The position numbers were made by a program, and so were the translations under genes. From Octopus sinensis (Eukaryota), in contig NC_043002.1 in NCBI RefSeq assembly GCF_006345805.1, positions 17,546,001 through 17,610,000 on the forward strand: a stretch of 64,000 nt of DNA, given 5' to 3'. The notes beneath the pieces are model-generated. The model ran no database searches. It was not told the origin of the DNA and saw only the letters and a program-made list of their open reading frames with translations. Positions 1 through 10,606 of this stretch are shown here, piece by piece (within the stretch, counting starts at the first letter, position 1; each line of letters starts with the position of its first letter).

Positions 1-1420
1 CCTCTCTTCTGATTGTTGATACCTTTTTTTACCTTTGATACCGTTGTTTCACTTTAAGGAGGCTTCTTTAACTGCTGTCCATTGTTTCAAATAGGTTTTA
101 GAATTGTCATTCTAGCCTTTTTTATACAGTCACATATGATTCGTACCAAAGAATCAACCTTTAAATAAGGGTTTCACTTCAACTAGCGAAAGCTATACGT
201 ATCTTTCAGGAAGCTCCATACCAATTTAACTTTATGCAGCATTCGCTGTTAGTTTATGTGCACGCTATGTGGGGAGATAGAATAAAGGAGCTTTTGTTAG
301 CTTTTCTCTCCGAGAAAAATAACTCCCTTTGCTGTTGAGCAGTGGGGAAGTTTCAACATCTTCCTTCAATTTCCTTACACCATTATGTGGTTGTTTCTGA
401 CAGGAAATTTCGCTTTCATGTAAAACAACTATATTTTTGTAGTCATTATCTGTAATCTACTCCCAAAACTCTTCATGATTCCCTGTTGTCAGATTAGCAG
501 AAATTTGTTTTTGTTTATTCGTGTTCCAGATAAAAAAACTTCGTTATTTTGTAAACTATTTAACAACAACAAACCAATTTACCAAGCAAAATTTTAGACA
601 AAGATTAGAAACATATGGCTCGAGATCACTGGATTTTATTAGTGAAAATTTCCCGCAGAAGAGTTAGTCTCTAAAGTCATTTATATGTACCACAAACGTA
701 TTTTGAATATTGTCTGTACCTTAGGTAACATTAATTCTAATAGTTGTTTGCATGAGTTGATGATAAAATTCATTAATATCAGCAAAATAGGAAACTAATT
801 CATCACGTAGTGACACAAATTCCATCTGGCCTATCACACTATATTCATTGACGTCATCACCTTTCAGTATAATGCTTTCATTAATACTCTGAGAAATGCC
901 GTATCAATCTACTGAACTTCCTTTTGGAACAAAATATAAATTGTTGGCAAAGTCTGTTAGGTTAATTAGGCTACTTTGAAACGCTTCCTTCATGATATCG
1001 AATTGTAAGAAACATAGTTCAGGTAGGTTTGACTGGCTCCTGTTTTGCTGTCAGAACTTTTATGAAAAAAAGGGAAAATGACTACAATATCTTTCAGATA
1101 TCTCGTAAAGAAGTCATTCAGTCAATCTTTCATTCCTGTTATTCAGTCTAAATTATGAATTAAATCCAATCCACCCCAGTTTAAAACAAAACTTCCCTTA
1201 CACTAGCTTTCAATAGGCATAGCATCTCTTTGCTCCATTATCTTCAAGCAAAGAATTTCTTGCAGCGACTCTAACATAATAGACACAAGACATTTCTAAA
1301 CACTTAGCCTGTTAGAGAATGGTATGCCATTTCTCCCATATGGTTTCTGATTTTGCGTTGCCCATTTGAAATGCTAGCACAATGTTTGTAATTCGCAACT
1401 ACAAATCCCTGTGTCTGTAA
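1..1420 (-). pseudogene. Intronless, highly divergent tandem PTP-domain (receptor-PTP-like D1-D2) relic, copy A; runs off the window start
   Basis: Manual minus-strand translation. One frame from ~1365 to ~550 with scattered stops gives SETIWEKWHTIL*Q, NSLLEDNGAKRCYAY* (cf. TNLxExGxxKCxxYW), FCFKLGW, SVD*YG and FSLIKSSDLEPYV. After a frameshift it gives NSLQNNEVFLSG...EEFWE*ITDNDYKNIVVLHE (cf. DFWRMIWDxNxxxIVML). Motif order matches PTP domains. Confidence 0.5.
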
Positions 1421-1519
1421 CGTTTAGGAGATGTTCTGACTGTCCAAAAGTTATGTGTTGTACGTCTTAATATCCTAACCTAGGCACTGGCTTTTTCTAT
1501 TCTGTTCTGTGGTAGTTAT

Positions 1520-1522
1520 TCA

Positions 1523-1557
<35 letters not shown>

Positions 1558-1561
1558 TTAT

Positions 1562-1608
<47 letters not shown>

Positions 1609-1720
1609 AATATATATATATATGTATATGTATAATATAAATAATATATATATTTCATATATATACATATATGTACATACCTACATATATATATGTATAT
1701 ATACATACATATATGGATAC
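1520..1720. repeat. (TA)n-rich microsatellite
   Basis: Direct reading of TA/TATG runs. Confidence 0.95.
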
Positions 1721-2566
1721 AGGTGACCAAAAGAACGTTGAACACAATGAGAAACGAAACCATAAAAACTAAAGAAGAAAAGAAACACATTTTTTTCGGA
1801 GAACGAAAAACAAACAAACAGAGAAACGAGACATACAAGATAAAGAATATTCCCCTTCTTCAGTTGTCCCTGTTTCAACTACTCCACATTTCGAAGGTAA
1901 GGACAAGACGCGGCTTCGTTGAAACAATCCTTCCCGCAAAGCAAATTAAATAAAGGTTGGGATTTTTTGCGGAGGGTGAAAGTGGTAACAAGAACAGGAC
2001 AGTGAGAACAAAACAGTAAAAACAATAAAAACGTAAAAAGAAGTCAGAACAATGAGAACAAAACATAAAAAAACAAACGATGAGGGTTGTTAAGCCAAGG
2101 CGATTGAAAAATTATTCTGAACGTAGTAGTCAGAATGATAGATTCCCTCTCATCACGTGTCAGCGACGAAAGAGTCAAGAAGAAGGAGTGAGATGGAGGG
2201 AACAGTGAAGGGGAGAGGAAAAGAATAGGGAAGGGGGAAAGAAAGCCAGAAAGGATGAAGAACAAGAGAGGGAGAGATATAGACAGAGAAGAGATAGTAG
2301 AGAAGAACAGTGCGTATCGTAATTATTAAGATAAAACTTAGAAAAGGATGCGTGGTGTTTGATTATATAAAAATATAAATATAATAATATAAATATATAT
2401 AAATATATATATATATGTGTGTATTTACACACACATACGCATATATATATGTATTATACATATATATTTTATATATATATATGTATGTATCATTATATGT
2501 ATACGTATATACGTATGTATATATATATATACATATATATGTATCATTATATGTATAATATATACG

Positions 2567-2624
<58 letters not shown>

Positions 2625-2639
2625 GAACTCAGTACGTAA

Positions 2640-2712
2640 TGGCATACAAAATACTGGCTATTCAGTTAGTCATAGGCTGGGCCAATAATGGCCGAAACTA
2701 ATCTATCTAATT
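2640..2712 (+). mobile_element. Short 3'-tail fragment of the CR1/Jockey-type LINE family seen at 15436-16670
   Basis: gctattcagttagtcataggctgggccaataatggccgaaact aligns with gctattaagttagacatggcctgggcctatactggccgaaagct in the LINE tail. Confidence 0.6.
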
Positions 2713-2724
2713 TATACATATATA

Positions 2725-3045
2725 TAAGGAGCACTCTGTCGGTTACGACGATGAGGGTCCCAGCTCATACGATCAACGGAACAGCCTGCTCATGAAATTA
2801 ACGTGCAAGTGACTGAGCAGTCCACAGACACGTGTACCCCTAACATAGTTCTCAGAGAGATTCAGCGTGACACAAAGTGTGATAAGGCCGGCCCTTTGAA
2901 ATACAGGTACACTCATTTTTGCCAGCTGAGTGGACTGGAGCAACGTGAAATAAAGTGTCTTGCTCAGACACAACGCGTCGCCGGGAATCGAACTCACGAC
3001 CTTACAATCGTGAGCTGAAAGCCTGAACCACTAAGCCATGTACTC
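2725..3045 (-). mobile_element. tRNA-derived SINE (family 4)
   Basis: Minus strand begins with a tRNA-like head (tggcttagtggttcagg...gagttcgattcccggcg) containing A/B-box-like motifs, followed by a ctgagcaagacactttatttc core and a 3' body. Confidence 0.8.
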
Positions 3046-3619
3046 ATGTCCTCTGCAAGCTATCAGAGATCACGTTGACATTTTTGAATGGCTTTATTTG
3101 AAGGATTGTCTAGACTACTTGTTCAGAGATAATCGACATGTTTGTCTTTCTGAAGAGGAAATTAGTGACGAATGTGAAGCAGTTTTTCAATGAGTATATA
3201 ATGATAAGCGCAGAAAATGGAGAGGTGTTAGCTGAGATTTCATGGTGAAAGTATATACAAACTCTAATATAACGAACGAAGCCATAATGTGAATGTAGCT
3301 TTGTAGTATAATGACTAAATCTTTTTAAATCAACAGACAATAACAGAATCAATACTACTAAAGTGAAAATAAAAGTGTGCAACAGAGAAATTCAAGTATA
3401 TCGCTCAAACTCGTAAAATTTCGTATCTGAGAGACAATTCGTATCATAGTTTACGCTTGCGATACATTGCAAACGTAGTCTATGTTACCAATCTCTTGAT
3501 TTCACTTCAGATAACTGTTCCGAAATATAGATCATAGAGATGTCGTAAACATATAGTTGCTCACAACTAGGATACGAGCAAATTTCTGAGTAAATAGATA
3601 TTTATATTCACGCTACGCA

Positions 3620-3810
3620 GCCACATACATACGTACATACATACACACACATACATACGTACATACATACACACACATACATACATGCATACATACATAC
3701 ATACATACATACATACATACATACATACATACATACATACATACATACATACATACATACATACATACATACATACATACATACATGCATACATACATAC
3801 ATACATACAT
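3620..3810. repeat. (CATA)n tetranucleotide microsatellite
   Basis: Direct reading. Confidence 0.95.
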
Positions 3811-4738
3811 GAGTCAGTATGTGTATGTATATATTTCTGAATCTATTCATATATGCGAACACATAGGTGCATATACATTTGTGTGCGTATGTGTACATAC
3901 ATATATACCTATGTATTCATTTATCGCTTGAGTTTATCTGTCTATCTATCTTTCTGTCTGTCTGCCTTTCTGTCTGTCTATCGACCTCTCTCTCTCTCTA
4001 TATATATATATATGTGTGTGTGTGTTTGTATTTATCTACTTACCTGCCTTCCTACTTACCTGCCTTCCTAACAATCTGTCTGCGAAAGTTCCACCAGTTC
4101 ATCAGTCCGTTCACCTGCTTATCTACATCTTAACCATTTCAAAATAAATAAGCTCTCGATAAACACGTTCACAAAATGGTCCAAATTGAATTTTGAAATG
4201 GTTCGAGCAGAATTAAGTTAATAAATTAAGTGATAAGTGAATCGCAATTTTATAATGCAACCCTTGTTGATGTGTCGACAAATCTAATGATAGTCGATTC
4301 GCTGTGGAGATACCTTTATATCAAGGGACACAATGAAGTCACTTAATCACAGCATATATATTGGAAACAGATTCTTTGGCTCCGTTTGCCTTGACAATAT
4401 TTGAGATTGTAATTTTCTCAATAAAGGTAAAATTTACATGTGATAATGAAGGTTTAAACATTGCAACAATTGACGGGGTACTTAAAGCTTCAATACATTT
4501 TATCAGACGTCAGCTACATCAGGATTCATCTAGAACCAGACAGCATCATAAATATATTTTGTAATGGAATGAATACTTCTCATAATGAAATCCTAATTAT
4601 AAACAAATTATTATGAAACTTAAAGTTAGAACGGCATAAAAAATAGATTTAATGTATCTTTATAAGATAAACAGTACAATATATGTAGTCCAGTATTGGA
4701 GTCTATCTAGCATACTGCTGTTTAAAGGAAGCAACGCA

Positions 4739-4873
<135 letters not shown>

Positions 4874-4882
4874 ATATGTGAA

Positions 4883-4950
4883 GGCGTAGCAGCGTGGTAA
4901 GAATTTTGCTTCTGAACCAGATATCCGGGTTCAGTCCCACTGCGTGGCAG
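4883..4950 (+). mobile_element. SINE family 2, 5' tRNA-like head fragment
   Basis: ggcgtagcagcgtggtaag...ccgggttcagtcccactgcgtggca matches the heads of the copies at ~40520 and ~59069. Confidence 0.7.
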
Positions 4951-4980
4951 CTACAGCAATTCTACACCTACACCTACACA

Positions 4981-5026
<46 letters not shown>

Positions 5027-5941
5027 AATAGTTAAGAGAATTACAGAAGAGAATTGATTCAAGTGCTTTTATTACATGATGTATCCATTAATTTGGCATA
5101 TGTTCCGATAACGAATACACGTGCATTATGAGGTAAACATACCCTAAATGATTGTAATGATAGTGTTGAAACCTCAGATATTCAGTGGATATTGTAATTC
5201 ATTTCACTGTTATATATCAGAATAGGTTGGTTAACAATGTGTCGACAAAACTGAGTATATACGTAAAAGAAAATTATCTTAATAGCAATTAAGAAAAGGA
5301 AGAGCTAATGTTTTTTTTATGTTATCAGTGAAATAAGGAGAAAACTAGATAAAGAGGAAGAATGTGGTCTTGATATCTTAGAAGAAAAGAAGTTGAACTA
5401 TCTAAGTTGTCATAGTTCAAAGAAACGTATAAGTTAACTATGATAAATGAGTGAGAGGGCACTCATGGTGAAAATGGGGAGTAAATTAGTTAATGATTGG
5501 TAGCTTTACCTACTTATATGTTCATACACACGTACACACACGCCCATATATCTATATCTATAAAGTGTTCTTATTCACTTACATATACAGAAGTAAATAA
5601 TAGTCAAATATATTCTTTCAGTAAACTCATATATTATTTATAACCATACTTAACAAGATAATATAGATATAGATTTACTTCAAAGGCTTGTCTGGTACCC
5701 TGTATGATATTAAGGCAATAACACGAAGGAACGATATGATCAAATTTCATCTAAAATATTATCTGAAAAAATTGAGCAAGACCGAACATATGCCCACGGA
5801 TGTGACGTTCGCTTCGAAAGTATCCGATTACAAGTCCAGCTCATTGCACAGCACATTGGACACCTTTCTACTAGAGTAGCATTGATTCATAGAATACATT
5901 ATACCAATAAAATTGGTAGGAAGAAACAGTGAGAAGAAAAA

Positions 5942-6537
5942 GGCGGCGAGCTGGCAGAAACGTTAGCACGCCGGGCGAAATGCGTAACCGTATTTCTTCT
6001 GTCGCTACGTTCTGAATTCAACTTCCGCGGAGGTCATCTTTGCCTCTCATCCTGTCGGGGCTGATAAATTAAGTACCAGTTGCGCACTGGTGTCGATGTA
6101 ATCGACTTAATCCGTTTGTCTTTCCTTGTTTGTCCCCTCTGTGTTTAGCCCCTTGTGGGTAGTAAAGAAATAGGTATTTCGTCTGCCGCTACGTTCTGAG
6201 TTCAAATTCCACCGAGCTTGACTCTGCCTTTCATACTTTTGGGGTCGATTAAATAAGTACCAGTTACGCACTGGGTTCGATATAATCGACTTAATCCGTC
6301 TGTCTGTCCTTGTTTGCCCTCTCTGTGTTTAGAACCTTGTGGGTAGTAAAGAAATAGGTATTTCGTCTGCCGCTACGTTCTGAGTACAAATTCTGCCGAG
6401 GTCGACTTTGCCTTTCATCCTTTCGGGATCGATTAAATAAGTACCAGTTACGCACTGAGGTCGATAGAATCGACTTAATCCGTTTGACTATCCTAGTTTG
6501 TCCCCTCTCTGTGTAGCCCCTTGTGGGTAGTAAAAAA
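5942..6537 (+). mobile_element. SINE family 1 trimer (head plus three ~183-bp units)
   Basis: Head ggcggcgagctggcagaaacgttagcacgccgggcgaaat, then gtatttcgtctg...gttcaaattcc...gcctttcatcctttcggggtcgat...ccccttgtgggtagtaaagaaat repeated at ~5990, ~6173 and ~6356. Confidence 0.9.
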
Positions 6538-6986
6538 TTAAGAAACAATGTGTGTGCGCGTGCTCATTTTGAATTTGCTTTTCGCCGTTTGGCAACCGGT
6601 GTTTGTTTGCTTGTGTCTTCATATCTTAGCGGTTTGGCAAAAATTTCCTTAAACATACGTACCAAGCATAAAAGAAGTTCATCGACTAAACACTTCGAAA
6701 CAGGAACCGTAGTATTATTGCTATCCAGGCTACAAGTAAAAAGAAAACACAATAGATGAGAAATAATCAGATGAGCATAAAGTTCACTCCGTATGTTTAA
6801 GCTCATAGCCAGAGTGAGGGTGATTGTAGTATTTGAGCTGGAGCATTCCAACAAACGTAATACTTCAAAGAATGCAAATGTCATCAAAGAAGAAATGTGA
6901 AGCGATAAAAGAAAGATCTAAAAATAATACACGGTCTGATTCATATATTACATCAATGGTGCAACATACTGTGAATAACACACACC

Positions 6987-7040
<54 letters not shown>

Positions 7041-7187
7041 GTGAAATAGAAAGATGAATAATCTTGTAGTAGATTAATCAAAAGTTTAACCGATACCTTA
7101 GTAGCAAAAATCACAGCAGTAACAGCAGGGTTGGAGGTACAACCATCTGGCGTTGCAACCGTGCGTTGGTGCGGATAATTGAAATTA

Positions 7188-8360
7188 AAACATTATTGGT
7201 GAATTGAAGAAATGGAGCTGAACGCAGATTGAACAGAAATCGTTTTATTTCATTCTACACGTGTTTCGAAAGGCACAAATTACCAAAATCCGATTGAATA
7301 ATGGGACCATATTGTGTCTTTCTCTTCAGGAAGAAAAAAGGAAATCCGCTGGAAAAACAAAAACAGAACAGAGGCGGAGCAAAAGCAAATCGAACTATGC
7401 TCCTAAGAGCCCATGGCGAAACTGTTTATCAGTGTATGTTGAGAACCGGTGGCTGAAGAATTCAACGGGTCAGGCATCGGTCAATCATGTGGGTGAGGGT
7501 GTATAGATGTTCTTTGTGACCGAGCATGAAGTTCTGACTATTTAAGGAATATTGGATGTTTTATAAGGGGCGAGAAAAAATCTACTTAGAGACGTGTGTG
7601 TGTGTATACTGTTCTATATATGTGTGTGTTGGCGTAGGGGTAGAAAACATTTTTTGTGTACGTGTGTGCGTTTGATCGTTCGGCTGTCAGTGGCTACTGC
7701 CGTGATAACCGTTGGGTGGCAGAAAGAAAAAATATATAATATATTATGTTTTATGTGTGTGTGTGTTCATCTAAGCCTGCCTTGTCAAGGAAACCCCCCC
7801 GCTGTGAAAAAACCAAGCCCCGTTTGTCTTACAGGAGTAATTCCCCTTGCAGTGGTTAATCGTAGATATCTTAAAGGCTATTTCAGAATTTGTTACCAAG
7901 GGCTATGGGTGCCGGTATTATTTATAAACGCTATTTAAAAGCCAGATAAGTGTAACGCCGCCCATGGGGGCATCGAAAAGCCGACTGTAAGAGCCCGTTT
8001 ACCATCCGGCCTCTGGCAACAAAAATATGGAAGAGTTCGGAGACACAAAGGTTGCACTGTCTTCTGCCCCTATCAAATGGGAGGGCCACCGACAAAATTG
8101 ACCATTCCAGCCTATAGCTTAAGTTCGTATCCTTCAGTCGCCATATTAGCTACTGAGTCCCGTGGTCTGGCGCTTGTTCACGTCCCGAAAAGTTGCGTAA
8201 TGGTTGGAGACACGCAAAGACAATCTTGAGGATGATGCCCCTACATAAGTGAAGACATCTGAGTCCGTGTAAACCTTGCATTGGTAGACGGCGTTTTTGA
8301 TCTTGGAGTTCGCCGACGTGAATCTTAATCTGCTAGGATTAGTTTCTGAAATTAGAACTG
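7188..8360 (-). repeat. Left arm of 1.17-kb inverted repeat
   Basis: Starts aaacattattggtgaattgaag and ends gaaattagaactg; complementary to 9278-10448. Confidence 0.97.
7248..7338 (-). ncRNA. Mirror copy of the hammerhead motif in the left arm
   Basis: Reverse complement of 10298-10388. Confidence 0.75.
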
Positions 8361-9719
8361 GCTTGTCCGCCAGTGCCGATATTTTTATGCAGAAAGCGGA
8401 ATTTTATAACGCCGCACTATCCAAGGCCGGTTATAGGCAGAAGGTAATTTATATTGATCCGGCCCTTCCGATGCCATCATTCGGTCATCAGGATAGGGCC
8501 GTATATAATAACATTAACATTTTAAGTAAGGACGGGAGCGCGGCGGATGCCGGGGTAGTCGCTCCCGCATTTAATTTAGCGAACAAGGATAATTATCGGT
8601 CCGGGAGGTCTTACACTAACCCAAGACCCGTTATTCATCCGAGAATCACCCACCCGAATGCGAGAGCTGGCGTCCCGACCCATCACACTGATAGAATAAG
8701 CATATATGGTTTGTAATCCCCTTTGGTAAGCAGATTAGAACTAACCTCCCCCTCATGTTTAGACAAGCCATCGCCAATAACTTCCCCAGAAATTCCAAAT
8801 ATTACTCCACGGTTAACTCGCATAAAGTTAGGATAGCTTTCTCCAACACTAAAAACCTCGCCCAGATAATCGCCTCCCATAATAATAGGCTACTTACTAA
8901 GACCCTATCACCTTTTTTCGGAGGCACAGCCTCTTCCGCTCCCGGTTTAATGCTCAGTAGGAATAATTATAGTAGTAATAATGATATGAGAGCCAGTACA
9001 GTGACACATAATCTCAGCTCCAGCCAGGGAGTACCCACTAGGGGTATAGTTATAAATAGGGGTGTTGTGGTTGACGGTAACAATGGGAGTAGGGTAGAGA
9101 GCCCCAATAGCATCCCCAGCATCATTTCCCGCAATAGCAGCACCACGGGCAGTAGCAATGACAGCACTCTGATAGATAGTGGAGAATTAGGGGTTATTCC
9201 TATAGTTAATAGTGACGTAGTGGAAAATAGGGTAGTAAGCGGCTGCAGGTCTCGGAACGAATATAGTGACAGGAACGCAGTTCTAATTTCAGAACTAATC
9301 CTAGCAGATTAAGATTCACGTCGGCGAACTCCAAGATCAAAAACGCCGTCTACCAATGCAAGGTTTACACGGACTCAGATGTCTTCACTTATGTAGGGGC
9401 ATCATCCTCAAGATTGTCTTTGCGTGTCTCCAACCATTACGCAACTTTTCGGGACGTGAACAAGCGCCAGACCACGGGACTCAGTAAGCTAATATGGCGA
9501 CTGAAGGATACGAACTTAAGCTATAGGCTGGAATGGTCAATTTTGTCGGTGGCCCTCCCATTTGATAGGGGCAGAAGACAGTGCAACCTTTGTGTCTCCG
9601 AACTCTTCCATATTTTGTTTGCCAGAGGCCGGATGGTAAACGGCTCTTACAGTCGGCTTTTCGATGCCCCCATTGGCGGCGTTACACTTATCTGGCTTTT
9701 AAATAGCGTTTATAAATAA
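8361..9719 (+). pseudogene. PLE polyprotein C-terminal part (RT thumb, linker, GIY-YIG endonuclease) with two frameshifts
   Basis: DIFMQKAEFYNAALSKAGY; WFVIPFGKQIRTNLPLMFRQAIANNFP...KVRIAFSNTKNLAQIIASHN; NAVYQCKV...TYVGAS...RVSNH...TGLSKLIWRL...CNLCVSE. Confidence 0.85.
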
Positions 9720-10448
9720 TACCGGCACCCATAGCCTTGGTAACAAATTCTGAAATAGCCTTTAAGATATCTACGATTAACCACTGCAAGGGGAATTACT
9801 CCTGTAAGACAAACGGGGCTTGGTTTTTTCACAGCGGGGGGTTTCCTTTACAAGGCAGGCTTAGATGAACACACACACACATAAAACATAATATATATAT
9901 ATATTTTTTCTTTCTGCCCCCAACGGTTATCACGGCAGTAGCCACTGACAGCCGAACGATCAAACGCACACACGTACACAAAAAATGTTTTCTACCCCTA
10001 CGCCAACACACACATATAATAGAACAGTATACACACACACACGTCTCTAAGTAGATTTTTTCTCGCCCCTTATAAAACATCCAATATTCCTTAAATAGTC
10101 AGAACTTCATGCTCGGTCACAAAGAACATCTATACACCCTCACCCACATGATTGACCGATGCCTGACCCGTTGAATTCTTCAGCCACCGGTTCTCAACAT
10201 ACACTGATAAACAGTTTCGCCATGGGCTCTTAGGAACATAGTTCGATTTGCTTTTGCTCCGCCTCTGTTCTGTTTTTGTTTTTCCAGCGGATTTCCTTTT
10301 TTCTTCCTGAAGAGAAAGACACAATATGGTCCCATTATTCAATCGGATTTTGGTAATTTGTGCCTTTCGAAACACGTGTAGAATGAAATAAAACGATTTC
10401 TGTTCAATCTGCGTTCAGCTCCATTTCTTCAATTCACCAATAATGTTT
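9278..10448 (+). repeat. Right arm of 1.17-kb inverted repeat
   Basis: Starts cagttctaatttcag and ends caccaataatgttt. Confidence 0.97.
10298..10388 (+). ncRNA. Type I hammerhead ribozyme motif in the PLE 3' tail (long stem II)
   Basis: CTGAAGA at 10307-10313. Stem II is 10314-10324 with 10358-10368 (10 of 11 positions pair). GAAA at 10369-10372, palindromic stem III ACACGTGT, GUA cleavage triplet ending at 10380, short stem I (ttc/gaa plus extension). Confidence 0.75.
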
Positions 10449-10452
10449 ATAT

Positions 10453-10520
<68 letters not shown>

Positions 10521-10606
10521 TTATCTAGCTATATCTCTATTTCTGTATATATAGTGTATATATACACATACATACAAACATACATACATTCTGTTATTCA
10601 TTCATC

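Larger units (their letters stand above)
7188..10448 (+). mobile_element. Fold-back Penelope-like retroelement: inverted copy of the 3' end plus a 5'-truncated element
   Basis: 7188-8360 is the reverse complement of 9278-10448 with few differences. The plus strand from 8361 encodes the RT thumb, linker and GIY-YIG endonuclease. The element lies between (TA)n tracts. Confidence 0.9.

Noticed and set aside
1860-1930. Three-way-junction-like sequence (gtttcaac/gttgaaac, gaag/cttc, gaaa) on the minus strand
   Set aside because: Resembles a hammerhead scaffold but has no CUGANGA-like core.
2675-2700. ctgggcc-loop-ggccgaaac in LINE tails (also ~14908 and ~15480) as a hammerhead
   Set aside because: All three copies lack the ANGA part of the core; treated as a simple stem-loop.
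5990-6537. ~183-bp periodic repeats as a CRISPR array or satellite
   Set aside because: No unique spacers, eukaryotic context, and the units are dispersed SINE bodies.
7261-7938. ORFs duplicated at 7261/10130 and 7594/9829
   Set aside because: They are antisense to the PLE 3' tail and duplicated only because of the inverted repeat; no protein motif.
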